Both the position numbers and the translations under genes were made by a program. A stretch of 63,996 nucleotides of DNA, the filler included, from Basidiobolus ranarum (Eukaryota): the NCBI GenBank assembly GCA_040143965.1. It is 3 parts of 3 records of this genome, joined end to end, with 100 filler letters (N's around TTAATTAATTAA, not from the genome) between each part and the next. Parts side by side here need not be neighbours in the genome. Positions count along the whole stretch, not along the records: positions 23,047 to 45,916 come from JASJQH010007052.1; 2 more parts are not named here. The stretch is one strand, 5' to 3'. Below the pieces are notes generated by a model. The model did not search any database and was not told where the DNA came from. It was given only the letters and a program-made list of their open reading frames with translations. Shown in pieces: positions 24,626-36,053 of the stretch. The stretch's first letter is position 1. Every line of letters begins with the position of its first letter.

Positions 24626-26117
24626 TTAATTGGGGTTAAGGATATTACGGAAGAATCCTGGACCATGCCAGATACCCTTCAACAAGCCTGACCAATATAG
24701 CTCTGGAAGGACGTGGGAAGTAAGATGATACATAGAGGCTCTCTCTGCGGATTGGTTTACGGGGAAAGTTTCCTGTGGTGTGGCTGTATAACCACTGAAT
24801 TCGGCGAGAATGAGCTTATTCTTTCCTGTAACTAACGGACAAGAAGTATAGCCATCATATTTAGCGACTAACTCTTTGCCAGCCATCAAGGATAACAAGT
24901 TTTGCTTTACGACCTGTGATTCGGAAGTGATAGCAGCGGCAGTCTTTCCAGTAGGGCAGGACGAGCAATCGCCAAGGGAGAAAATATTGTTGTATTTAGT
25001 GTGTTGAAGGGTAGCAGCATCAACATCAACCCATCCAGCTTTGTCAGCAATAGGTGATTTTTTAATGAAGTCAGGTGCACCCATAGGTGGAGCTACGTGT
25101 AAGAAGTCGTAATCGTAAACTTGCTCTTCTGAGCCGTTAGGTCCTGTTTTCTTAAAAACAGCTTCACGACGATCAGCTCTAATCTCAGTGAGTTCAGTAG
25201 TAGTATTGACAGTGATCCCTCTTTCTTGACAGATTTGAGACAAGGTGGAAGCATATTTGTCAATACCAAATATTTTACCAATACCAGTGTTATAGATCAC
25301 TTGCGCATTATCACGAACTCCGTTCTTTCTGAATTGCTCTTCAGCCAAATACATAATCTTTTGAGGGGCGCCAGCACACTAAGGAAATGGTTATCGATGA
25401 GTAAGAATATTTTAGGTCATGGGTTCACTTTTGCTAACCTTAATGGGTGTGGAAGGCATAGTGAAAATAGCGTTGCCGCCTTTGAAGTTGTTAATAAATT
25501 CCCAAGTGCGTTGAACGCTATCAGCAGAGTAGTTGCTGGTAACACAATCTTTACCGAGTGCCTCTTTGAGGCCTTTTACGCCATCCCAATTGACTTGGAT
25601 TCCGGCGGCAACAACTAGGTAATCATAACTAATCTTTTGACCATCGGCCAAGATTACTACGTTACTACTTGGTTCGAAACCAGCAGCTGCCTTCTGTATC
25701 CAGTCAACTTCCTTGGGCATAACATCCTCCATTCTTCTCTTGGATTGGTCAAAACTCTTGAGACCGCCACCAACGAATGTCCACAAAGGTTGATACTTAA
25801 TAAAATAATTAATTTAAACTTCAATGATACTCAAAACTCGACTATAAAAAATGTACATACGTAGTGAACATCCGAAGGTTCAACAACGGCAACGTTATTT
25901 TTACCAAGGATTGCTGATAATGTAGAGGAAACTAGTCGAAGAGAGGTTAGACATAGTCAGATTAGATACACTATGTCAAAATAATACCAGATAAACCACC
26001 AGGTCCTCCACCAATAACAACAACCTTATAGGAAGAGTTAAGGGAAGAAGAGGCGTAACGACGCACCGAGAAAGGAACTCTGGAAGTTGGGAGGCGACCT
26101 AAAGAAGCTCTTAACAT
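24626..26117 (-). CDS. SQOR: Mitochondrial sulfide:quinone oxidoreductase (SQOR/Hmt2 family), 4 exons
   Basis: Presequence MLRASLGRLPTSRVPFSVRRY; KVVVIGGGPGG FAD motif; HYYQPLWTFVGGG; PIKCAGAPQK; GDCSSCPTGKTAAAI; YDGYTSCPLVTG. Confidence 0.93.
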
Positions 26118-27904
26118 AATGAATTATACTGGAAGCAAGAGACGATGTAACTTCGAAGTCATCAATATTCCACTTTTTATACTAGTCGCAATCAACAAAT
26201 TGACTCACTACTAATTTATGTCACAAATTGCAACATTTTAGTATCGACCCAAGATAATCATAGATTACTAATAACACTCAAATGATCAGCAATTTATGCG
26301 CAAAATTGCACCATCACACTCTTCCTCCCAATGAGGCAACCAACATTATGTCGAATAACGATTGGAGGTAAATAGAGATGGGACTCGCTCCAAATTGAGT
26401 GAAGTTGCGTATATTTCCAGTTATGTCCATTTCAAGTAGTTGGCGATCTTTCGTAAGATCACATCTTATGCCACGAATTTAGCACAGATCATGATGAATT
26501 TAGAGGCTGGTTGATGGAGTATTCGATGGTGAAAAAATAGTGTGACCAGTAATTCTACCTTAACGTCGAAAGTTCTTCTTGCACCTGATCATGTCCATCC
26601 TAAATGTATTTAAATACAGTACATTCGGGCTGTTCACCCGCTCATAACCAGAGAAACTGCCGAGTATGGTGTCAAATGAATTACTTACTGTTCGTCATAA
26701 CAACTTGAAGTCAAGTTTAGAGTGAACTCTTCTTAGTATATCATTAATCGTGAGAGGGAAACTTGCACAATGAAGAATACCTTTTGGGGAAACATTTCTT
26801 CTCTCTAGGAAACTCCTCTACAGGTTTTTTTGCTCGCTATCATAGTCAGGCGTAGTGTCTGCTCTGAAGGTTGCCGCACATGACCGAGAGTGATTCATAC
26901 GCCTCAACAGGTTGTATCCATGATGTATCACGTGCTTTATATGGTAAACGTGATAATGATAGTTATGCAAACATTTGTGTATTGTCTATCAGTTCTTGCT
27001 CCCATTTGCCACCATATCTTTGATATCCCTTGATTCTTGATCCCACGCCAGTTCATCTGTGACCAATCATCATGATGAGCTTTGACTTCTTTTTGGAATG
27101 GCCTTAACACAGTACAGCTAAAACATGTTTTTGCAAGTTATTTCAGTAAAGTAGTATAAATACGTATAACCTTCCCTTCTTCATCTGCTATAAACCGCCT
27201 TTCAGATGTAAATAACTTCCGACGGAATTGTTTTGAATTTCTAGCAACTTTACCTTCCTCGGTTCATTTCAGGAATGAATAAAACATCCAACGGCCTGAC
27301 GATGTTGACTTTGAATCTTGGATATCTCGTTTTCGATTTTCTGGATTTTTTGCCAGTTACTGTACGGTTTTCTTTTAACAAGACTTCTTCTCATCTTTCT
27401 GTTCCCACACCCTACATCTATGTTGGCTGGTGTGATTTTACAGCTAGGTGGCGGCTTCTAGAAATCACGGCTGTTGTTTGTTTGGTCACCGTTTTCATCT
27501 TATCCCTTTTTATTGTATTTCTGAAGAATAATTATTTAGAACTTGAAATCTGTTGTGAAGTTCCAAGTGAAATTTGAAACGATCCAGGGTGAAACTAACT
27601 GTATTGGTCATCGTAACAACTCTGCTGTCCGTCCTTGAAAAAAAATCATTATTGCTCACGCGGTCCTATCTATATATGTCTCTTTGGTCCACGACTTGGA
27701 GCTGCAAGGTTGCGTCGAGTGGAAACGCTTGCGAATCAGTCTATTTTTATTCTATACTGATTCAGGGATTTCATTGCCTTGAATGCTCATATACTAGAGT
27801 AATTGCGGGATGCTAGAGTGTATGCTTTCATCATATACAAGTATTTTAACATTCACTGATCCAGTCATTTTATTTTTGCTGGATTGCTTAAATTGTAAAC
27901 TAAT

Positions 27905-28651
27905 CTATGCAGCCAAGCCACCATTAACCTTGATGGTTTGACCAGTTATCCATTTCGCATCCTCTGAGCAAAGGAAGGATACAACGCCGGCAATATCCCC
28001 TGGAGTACCTAATCCGTACAAAGGTGCCATCTTCTTCATCTTTTCAATAGTAGCCTCATCTTTTCCGTTTCTAAATAGTTCAGTATCTGTAGGGCCCGGA
28101 GCTACTGCGTTGATGGATATTCCTTTGGGACCCAGTTCAGTGGCTAAATGCTTTGTTAAAGTTTCAACCGCCGATTTGGATGCAGCATAAAGGCTGTATT
28201 TAGGCATTTGCAGGGCAGTAGTTGTGCTTGACAAGTTGATGATACGACCACCTTTCGACATACCTACCTTAGTAGCTTCTTGAATAGCAAAATAGGTAGC
28301 GCGGACGTTAGTACTGAAGATTTGCTCATACGTCTCCTCCGTATGGTCTTCAAGAAGCTTATAGTGAACAATCCCAGCATTGTTCACTAAAATATCGATC
28401 TTGCCAAATTGTTTGACGGTTTCGGCAATTAAATTCCTGATGTCGGATACCTTTGAAATGTCTCCTTGAATGGCAAATGCATCTCCACCGCTAGATTTTA
28501 TTGTAGACACAATGTCCTCAGCTGCTTTGGCGCTTTTCACGTAGATTATCACCACTTTAGCTCCATCCTTAGCTAAGCGCAAGGCGATCTCTTTGCCAAT
28601 GCCTCTGGAGGCGCCAGTAACTAATGCTATTTTTCCTTGGAGTTCAGACAT
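27905..28651 (-). CDS. Classical short-chain dehydrogenase/reductase (FabG/THN-reductase-like), intronless
   Basis: TGASRGIG, DILVNNAG, IINLSS, YAASK and NAVAPGPTDTELF motifs. Confidence 0.92.
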   Translation of the reverse strand: MSELQGKIALVTGASRGIGKEIALRLAKDGAKVVIIYVKSAKAAEDIVSTIKSSGGDAFAIQGDISKVSDIRNLIAETVKQFGKIDILVNNAGIVHYKLLEDHTEETYEQIFSTNVRATYFAIQEATKVGMSKGGRIINLSSTTTALQMPKYSLYAASKSAVETLTKHLATELGPKGISINAVAPGPTDTELFRNGKDEATIEKMKKMAPLYGLGTPGDIAGVVSFLCSEDAKWITGQTIKVNGGLAA

Positions 28652-29069
28652 GTTCAGTAGATGAATTGTAAGAAGGGACTCAAGAGGCTCAATATAAATA
28701 TTCGTCAACAACTGACATCCTGACTGTCCTCAAGTGCTATCTTTGAGCGATAAGGCTACGTAACTCATCTCCATACTTGGAATTTTAATTGGCCAAACCA
28801 TTTTTTATTATAGTAAGCCCGTTTGTGAGCTAACCAGCCAATAAAAAAATGCTGAATCAGCTACTCATAAGAGACTCTTGAAACAAGTTTCTGCGGAATC
28901 CATTATAGCTAAAAGAAACCTTGCGTGAGATACCAGCACCAATGTGCATTGTGGTGCATAAATCACTTGTGTGCTCCTTTTAATCTTGCCTCAAGATTTC
29001 ACAATTGCTTAGTGAGATATAAATAACTAGGCATCTCTTCACATCACCTAGCCAATTTTTTGCTTGACA

Positions 29070-29732
29070 ATGATTTTTGCAAAATATACTAGTCTGGCCT
29101 TACTCCTCAGCTTAAGTGGTCTTTGTGGCCATGCAAACGGGCTCAATCTAGCGAACACGATAAAACAACAGGTCTTCAATATTATCCAATCCACTTCATA
29201 CCGCCCAAGGAGCCACTTTGCTGATGGCATCTACAATCCAAATTTGACCTGTCGTTCCGCCATTCTGGAGGCAGAGAAGAAGTATCCAAAGCTGAGCCAA
29301 TGCTATTCGCAAATGCCACTGTTCTTTTCTTCGCTAAACGAGGTGTGTGATCAGAAATGCTTTCATGATACAGTGGGAGCCGCACAGACAGTTTCTGAGA
29401 GTTGCGGTGATTTGCAGTTGTCCTCGAATAGCCAGAGAGTATATTATTCCTGGGCCGATAATGGTGCGGCGACTGTCGCCTGTCGTAAAAGCGATGGCGT
29501 TTATTGCCTATCAAAGGTAATTAGGGCTAATGTGGCTCTCGAAAATAGCTTAGTAAAGCCAGTCCCTACAGATAAAGAAAAGCTAAGAAAGGAAATATGT
29601 TTGCCGTGCACAGAGGATTTCTACAAGGCAGTGAAAAAGCCTGGTCAAGAACCAGTATTGTACTATTATCAGATAATGCATCCTGAGAGACTATTTAGCG
29701 CATTCGAGCAGTATTGTGGTTACACTCTTTGA
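29070..29732 (+). CDS. Secreted cysteine-rich protein of unknown function (about 220 aa)
   Basis: Signal peptide MIFAKYTSLALLLSLSGLCGHANG; 10 Cys in the mature part; intronless; TATA-like ATATAAA about 50 bp upstream. Confidence 0.8.
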   Translation: MIFAKYTSLALLLSLSGLCGHANGLNLANTIKQQVFNIIQSTSYRPRSHFADGIYNPNLTCRSAILEAEKKYPKLSQCYSQMPLFFSSLNEVCDQKCFHDTVGAAQTVSESCGDLQLSSNSQRVYYSWADNGAATVACRKSDGVYCLSKVIRANVALENSLVKPVPTDKEKLRKEICLPCTEDFYKAVKKPGQEPVLYYYQIMHPERLFSAFEQYCGYTL

Positions 29733-29951
29733 TAGGATATGCTCCAATGGCTATCCATGTATCATATCCAACGATATTCCATGTATAAATAATACCCCTC
29801 TTATTTCATGTTGCGAATAAATAAACACATAATTGAAAGTTAAATTGAATTGATCGAATTTGGGTTATCTAGTGTAGCCGTTGGTACCTTAAATGCTTGA
29901 AATCAATTTTTCGTCTTTAATACTTTCTTTCTCTTGTGACTTTCATCCAAC

Positions 29952-30949
29952 ATGTTCAGAGTTACACTCCTTAAGCCTCGGATAAATAGAAATAGAATGT
30001 CACTCGTAGCATGCCAGCGTTTTGGTTTCACCATATTCAGCAAGGTACTTTCAGAACAGATTGACTACTTTGATTGTCATTATTTTCTTAATATTAACCC
30101 AAGTAATTGACAGACTCCTTCTGTCCGCTGTATTAATACTAAACATAATTTTGATACTTATCAAACAGTTTCGAAATTAGAAGCGAATGGCAAATTCCCA
30201 AGAAATCAGGCAGTGGCTATAATGCGCTGCATCCGAGTACTGATGCGGGATAGGTAAGCGCTTGAGATAGAACAACAAGCACAATTCTGAAAATTCAAAT
30301 ATTTCTTTTCTTCAGTTCAGCTCAAGTGCGTTCGGAAATGTTGGCCAAGTCAGAGATGGAGAAGGTATTGTTTCTATTTTTACCTGATTAATACTTGTAA
30401 CGTTTTATTTTGACCTTTTCTTAGGAGTTATATCTTTTTAAAGCAACTTTGAGTGAATTACGCACGGAAATCAAGATTCTTCGTAAAAATGACCACAGCA
30501 TCTTGGAATCAGAGGTGAGTGCTATCAGTAGAGATGTTGAGGCCTTATCCCAGAAACTTCGAGAAGTTATCGGAAGTTTGAAGAGTGATATTCACTTGGA
30601 CTTCAATAACCGTAAAGCTGAAGTCCGTCAGGAGCAGAAGAGAATGGAAATGAAAATTCACGAATTTGACAACAAGTATACCCTACAACTTTCAGATATT
30701 CGTACTGACATCGAGGCATTAAAATGGGAAACTACACGCAAAGGAATGCGTAAGTAACATATTCCCTATTCCCACCCCAGTTTTTACTCAATTAACATCT
30801 ATCGGTTTAAAGTCGCAGCTTTCGGTACAGCTACGGTAATCCTTTTAGCTGGAATCTTATTCAAATGGAAAAATAAACCAGCCTCATCTTCCGAAGAAAC
30901 GACCACAACAGAATTCATACCAGAGGGTGCCGAGATTTCCGTTTCTTGA
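29952..30949 (+). CDS. Mitochondrial coiled-coil protein, DUF1640 (Fmp32/CCDC90/MCUR1 family), 5 exons
   Basis: Presequence; HNFDTYQTVSKLEANG.FPRNQAVAIM; YLFKATLSELRTEI; DIHLDFNNRKAEVR; DIRTDIEALKWETTR; C-terminal TM helix. Confidence 0.88.
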
Positions 30950-31350
30950 GAAACCCTAGCAAGTTTTGATCTACTATTTGTTCTTTTTGAGACGGTTCAC
31001 TTCAAGCATATCAATTCATTCATTCGATTCAAAACCATCCTTTTGCTCTGCACTTATTATGCGGATTCCTATGTAGAGCACTGAGTGTAATAATCATCAC
31101 TACACTTCATTTAGGTTAGTCTAAATGAAGCTTGTCCTATGGTAATAAATGTTTTACAAGAATTTTCAAGCTATACAGCTAAACATTTCTTGGGTAACTG
31201 ACTTTCATACATCACGCCATTCTATCATTTTTAGCCAAGGGGTTTGTAAAAAATAGTTATATTTGGAGGTATTGTTGCCGACAGGGATAATATGTATCGA
31301 CTTATTTATTTCAAAGCATAGAAATAAGCAGTGATGTAAGCCAGCTTTCT

Positions 31351-31878
31351 TTACAATTTAATCTCATCAAGCAAATCGGAAGCGTTTTTGAATTCCTTAG
31401 TAGTGTTAATACTGGGTTCATCAGCATTTTGAAGCTAAAGTAAAAAATAAAAAGGGTTTGTAAGAAGGATTTGAGAAAAACTCAGTGGAAGATGATTTAC
31501 CACTAATGTTTGTAATTCTTGATAAGCGGCAGCTAAACGTTTTTTCCCATCAGGAATCATGCGTAAAGTTTCATCCAAAACTTCTCTCTTTGGAGCGGAA
31601 AAATAAAGAAAAATTGTCAAAATGGTACAGGAGAGAATGGATACTAAAGAGGCTTCCGACTCACCTGCTTTCTGATGTCATATATGTCAGCATCGTTTGC
31701 AACCATCTTATCGATCTTGGCTTGTTGTTGGTCTTTTTCTTTAACATAATACAAGCCTTCCTTATAGATCCTAAAGAGTTCAGATTTTAGTATAATAATC
31801 GTGTGAGAAGCATGTCTGTAGCAGTAACCTTTTCACTACACCGGTTTGAATTTCTAAGTGACGTTGAAGAGTGGACAT
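31351..31878 (-). CDS. TBCA: Tubulin-specific chaperone A (TBCA/Rbl2), 4 exons
   Basis: MSTLQRHLEIQTGVVKR-IYKEGLYYVKE...DADIYDIRKQ-REVLDETLRMIPDGKKRLAAAYQEL. Confidence 0.88.
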
Positions 31879-33226
31879 ATTGAAGTATTAACTGTCGCAA
31901 AAGCTGGAGTGGTCTTGGTTAATGTAAGGTGGTTCGCTCTATATTCATTGGGCTATTGGGGATCAATCAGATCGAGCCCGCGTATATTTTTTTGTTGTGA
32001 TCTACTGATCACATTTGTTGTTATTGATTCGCAATCAGATTCCTCAGGCCCTAACCTAGGACTGTTGTAAATGCCGACTAAAGTCCGGTCTGACTGGTGG
32101 TGTAAAATTTACAGACTTTCTCATTAAACCTCTCTTATGTTGAAGTTGTCTATATACTTGGAAGACCTGAAGAGTGAATATGTATATACTTGAGAGCACA
32201 TTTAACTATAATCACAGCTACTCAGTTTGAAGGCAAATCATACAATTCCAGAAAGCGGTACTACCTTTGGAAACGACGGTGAACATACTCCTCGCTCTTG
32301 TTAAGGGAGATTTTAGATATAGTTTATTAGCAAAGTATTGGGAAGTTTCTTGAAAGGAATAGTTAGCCGAGGAAATCTACATTCTCATCTGGACTTCATT
32401 TTAAAAGTACGGGAATGATGCTTGTGAGTATTGTATGAAGTGCACGTAGAATATACTAGACGATATGAATACGTGCGAGTAGATTGCGCAAAGTAGAGTT
32501 TGAAAATAGATTGCAAATACTGTTTGGCCATCGGGGAAATCATTACCAAGATATGGAGACTGGAGTGATAATAGAACATCCCTCACTCAACAGGCAGAAA
32601 GTGTATACTTAACTCTAACTCTATATCTGTGGAGGGAGCTTGGTAAAAGGCTTATGAATAACACCTCCATTTCGTAAATCTAAGGCAGCAAATGAGCATT
32701 TTTTTTAACACCACTAATCAAGCTATCCGAAAAGTAGTCCAGCGAATAAAGTTCTGTATAAATCATTTTATATCACGCTTGCAGAGCTACGTGACTTGAT
32801 TGATGTTCATTTATTTGATATTCAAAAATGACATCTTGATCTATTTTTCGAATCGCTTGATCTATTTTGTTCTACCATTTGCCCTTCTTGAAATTACCCT
32901 TAGACATATCAAATCATGACGCCTAACGATCCTTTCTAAAGCGGTCACTCCAAATTCATAACTAGGAAGGATAGGGATCTTGATGACAATCTGGCACACG
33001 TAAAACTTGTCACAACTCGCTCAAGGAGCTCTAAGGTTGAGATGCTAGTCGTACTCATCCAGAAGTCTCTTAAAAACGTTTCTGACTGTGGTAAAAGTTG
33101 CAAAAATATATCATGGTTAGATTTGTACTATTTGAGAGATAAGTATAAAAGGAATTGTTTCCGAGTATTTCCCACAGTATCTCTTTAATCTCTATTTCTC
33201 GTGACTATTTTCTCTTCAGCGCAAGT

Positions 33227-34198
33227 ATGATTGGAGTCAACTACGCTTCTATCTTAACATTGGCTTTCGTCTTGGTAACACAAGGGCAGGACCTAGTAAG
33301 TGTTACCAGAACCTATCCTCTCGAAACTATAACTTGGCATCTAGCTACTGAATATATCACTGCTGTGATTTCTGCTCATACTCAACTGGCTTCCATCGAG
33401 GCTGTCACATTCTCTGAAACTCTTGCTGGTACCACCGCAACTTTTGTAGATGAGCGTTACACTATTTTAAGAACTGTAGTACCTGTCACAAATGTTCGTG
33501 TAGTTCCTAGCTATACTCTAGCTGCTTCCTTGAAGTTGACCACTATTAGCAGAACATTGTTCCCTTCAATATATACCGGGACGGACCCTTTCGCAATTAC
33601 TGTTGATATTGAGACTCCTGGGATTCCCGGCTATGTCTACACCATTACCGGGCCAATTGACAATGGTGTTGCTGTCGGAACAGTAGTAGAGCAATTATCT
33701 GCACGATCGGTTATCAAAACTATACCAGGGCCAACTGTAACACATCAGATTGGATTGGGAAATGAGGCTGTTGTAACTGAAAATGGAGTAGCTACAACCC
33801 AATATGAGCGCACTTCGACATATACAGAGTCATTCAGCTCAACTCTCGTGACTCGTCATATTGCTTCATCTTCACTGGTACATGCGGTACTCATCACCAT
33901 TTCAGGCAGTCGGTCTCCGTCTCCATCTCCATCTGGCAGTGTCAGTGGTATTGAGAGTTCAAGACCACCACCTCCAACTGTGACCTTTACTCAAGACATT
34001 ACTGCTTCTACAACTATCGACACTACTGCTATTCAAACGTCGGTTATACTTACAACCCTCGGAGCTCCTCAGTTTGGTGGGACTGACCTCCAATCAAATG
34101 ATATTAGACACAAATATTCGCCTGCAACCAGATCTAACAAGTGCAATACTAAACCAACCAAGTGTCCCCAATCCAATGCTGTAGGAGAAGGAAGGTGA
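33227..34198 (+). CDS. Secreted Thr/Ser-rich protein of unknown function, paralog 1
   Basis: Signal peptide MIGVNYASILTLAFVLVTQG; long intronless ORF; extensive co-linear similarity to 35043-36053; TATAAA at about 33144. Confidence 0.82.
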   Translation: MIGVNYASILTLAFVLVTQGQDLVSVTRTYPLETITWHLATEYITAVISAHTQLASIEAVTFSETLAGTTATFVDERYTILRTVVPVTNVRVVPSYTLAASLKLTTISRTLFPSIYTGTDPFAITVDIETPGIPGYVYTITGPIDNGVAVGTVVEQLSARSVIKTIPGPTVTHQIGLGNEAVVTENGVATTQYERTSTYTESFSSTLVTRHIASSSLVHAVLITISGSRSPSPSPSGSVSGIESSRPPPPTVTFTQDITASTTIDTTAIQTSVILTTLGAPQFGGTDLQSNDIRHKYSPATRSNKCNTKPTKCPQSNAVGEGR

Positions 34199-35042
34199 AT
34201 TCTCCATGAAGTTGAATAATTCCAACAAAGGTTATGCTTAATAATACCAAATTTAGTTCTATTATTGATAAGGATCCCAATCAAATTGATTTTAATTATT
34301 GTATGAATTTTTAATAAACTTTCGGAATAATGATAATGATGCCTTTTCAGCTCATCGTCCTTTATTAGAACTATCACTGTGGTGAATACGATGTTATTAG
34401 CTACTGCAAATATAGAAGCATTCAGCTTTTAGATTCCGTACTTCCATTGCCAAGTGGGCAGGAGAAGATAATCATCTAACCCAAAAATAATTCCTTAGCT
34501 GCAATACAAAGTCGGTTGTTGATAGCCTCTTGATGATTCCTTGACATCATCGAATTGTTCACAAACCCTCTTGTGGTTCGCCAGCGCTTTGACATTGAGA
34601 AGGGGTATTCTAAAAAACGGGTGACCGTGCTCAATCTAGTCAACTCAAGTGTGCTATTTTACTCCATCTTCGAGCCATCAAGCCTTCCCTGTTCAATCAT
34701 TTGTTCATACCTAAATCAATCCCATACTTGACGAATCATCGAATCCGACTAGCGCTATTTCTAAAATAGTCACTAGAATCTGTTACCATGTAACATTGAC
34801 CAGGAAAATGAGCATACCATAAAAATAGTGTAGAGGGATAGCATCATTGGTAAAAATACTCTAAAGTTATTTATTTTAGAGTCAAATAATTAGCATTCTT
34901 CTCTATAAACATAAAAATAAGTACATCTCGCGACACGAAGGTTAACTATAAAATAAACCAAATCCTGTCTCTAGTTTCTTAGACAATCATTTCGAGTTTT
35001 CTCTCTAATTCTTGGACAACAAACACTCTTTTGAACTTAAAT

Positions 35043-36053
35043 ATGGTTAAAATTCAACATTCTCTTTTTCTATTTTTGGGCTCAGCACTACTAGCGCAAG
35101 GGCAATCTCTGTATACTGCTACTCTAACTTATCCCTCAGAGACCATCACCTGGTTTGTGCAAACTGAATGGGTTACTGATACCATTTCTGCTCACACCCA
35201 GCTAGCTACTGTAGATGCAATCACTTACTCCGAAACCGTTAGTGGTGGAACATTTACCGAAGATGATGGCCGTAATGTTATAGTGAGGACCATTCCGCCT
35301 GAGACATACACCCGATCCATTCCTAGCACTGTCTTAGCTGCCTCCTTGCAGTTGACTAGCATCAGCAGAACTTTGTTCTCTTCCCAGTTTACTAGCTCAT
35401 TTGCTTCTGAGGTTATCACCGCCGTATTAACCGAAGGGATTCCAGGTGACCTTTATACTATCACTGGCCCTACGATTGGAGGTGTTGCTATAGGAACAGT
35501 AGTAGAACAATTGTCTTCAAGATCAGTCATCAACACCATTCCTGGGCCTACTGTTACTCACCCCGTTGGACAGGGACAAGAGATTATTGTGACTGAGAAT
35601 GGATCACCTACAACTCGATTTGACTCTACCTCGACTTTCATAGAGACATTTAGTTCAACTCTTGTGACTCGGCATATTGGCACATCGTCGATCTTCCACT
35701 TGATAACCATAACACCATCAGACTCTGGTAGTGTCAGTGGTATTAGTAGCTCAACAGGTCTTCCATCACCTCCTCCAACTGTAACTTTCACTCAGAATGT
35801 TACTGCTTCCACTACTGTTGGCTCAACTGTCATTCAAACATCAGTTGTGTTGTCTACTCTGGGCTCTGGCCAGCCTACATCTCGTCCCACTCAATCAGCA
35901 GGTGGAAATACAAAATGCCCTAAACCTACTAATTCTATGTCCAAGAAATGGTCTACCACCAATTCTATGACCAAGTCTAAATGTGCAACCAAACCCAAGC
36001 CAACCAAATGCCATCCCAAGAAAAAATCTGGCAACTGGTCGAACGATTACTAA
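35043..36053 (+). CDS. Secreted Thr/Ser-rich protein of unknown function, paralog 2
   Basis: Signal peptide MVKIQHSLFLFLGSALLAQG; paralogous to 33227-34198; K/C/P-rich tail; TATAAA at about 34947. Confidence 0.85.
   Translation: MVKIQHSLFLFLGSALLAQGQSLYTATLTYPSETITWFVQTEWVTDTISAHTQLATVDAITYSETVSGGTFTEDDGRNVIVRTIPPETYTRSIPSTVLAASLQLTSISRTLFSSQFTSSFASEVITAVLTEGIPGDLYTITGPTIGGVAIGTVVEQLSSRSVINTIPGPTVTHPVGQGQEIIVTENGSPTTRFDSTSTFIETFSSTLVTRHIGTSSIFHLITITPSDSGSVSGISSSTGLPSPPPTVTFTQNVTASTTVGSTVIQTSVVLSTLGSGQPTSRPTQSAGGNTKCPKPTNSMSKKWSTTNSMTKSKCATKPKPTKCHPKKKSGNWSNDY

Noticed and set aside
26195-26940. TGACTCA, TTACTAA and TCACGTG motifs upstream of SQR as Gcn4/Yap1/Cbf1 sites
   Set aside because: Single 7-mers are expected by chance in AT-rich DNA, and there is no supporting conservation data.
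27275-27816. Plus-strand ORFs of 100 and 80 aa and a possible small minus-strand spliced gene
   Set aside because: No recognisable motif and no convincing splice or start signals.
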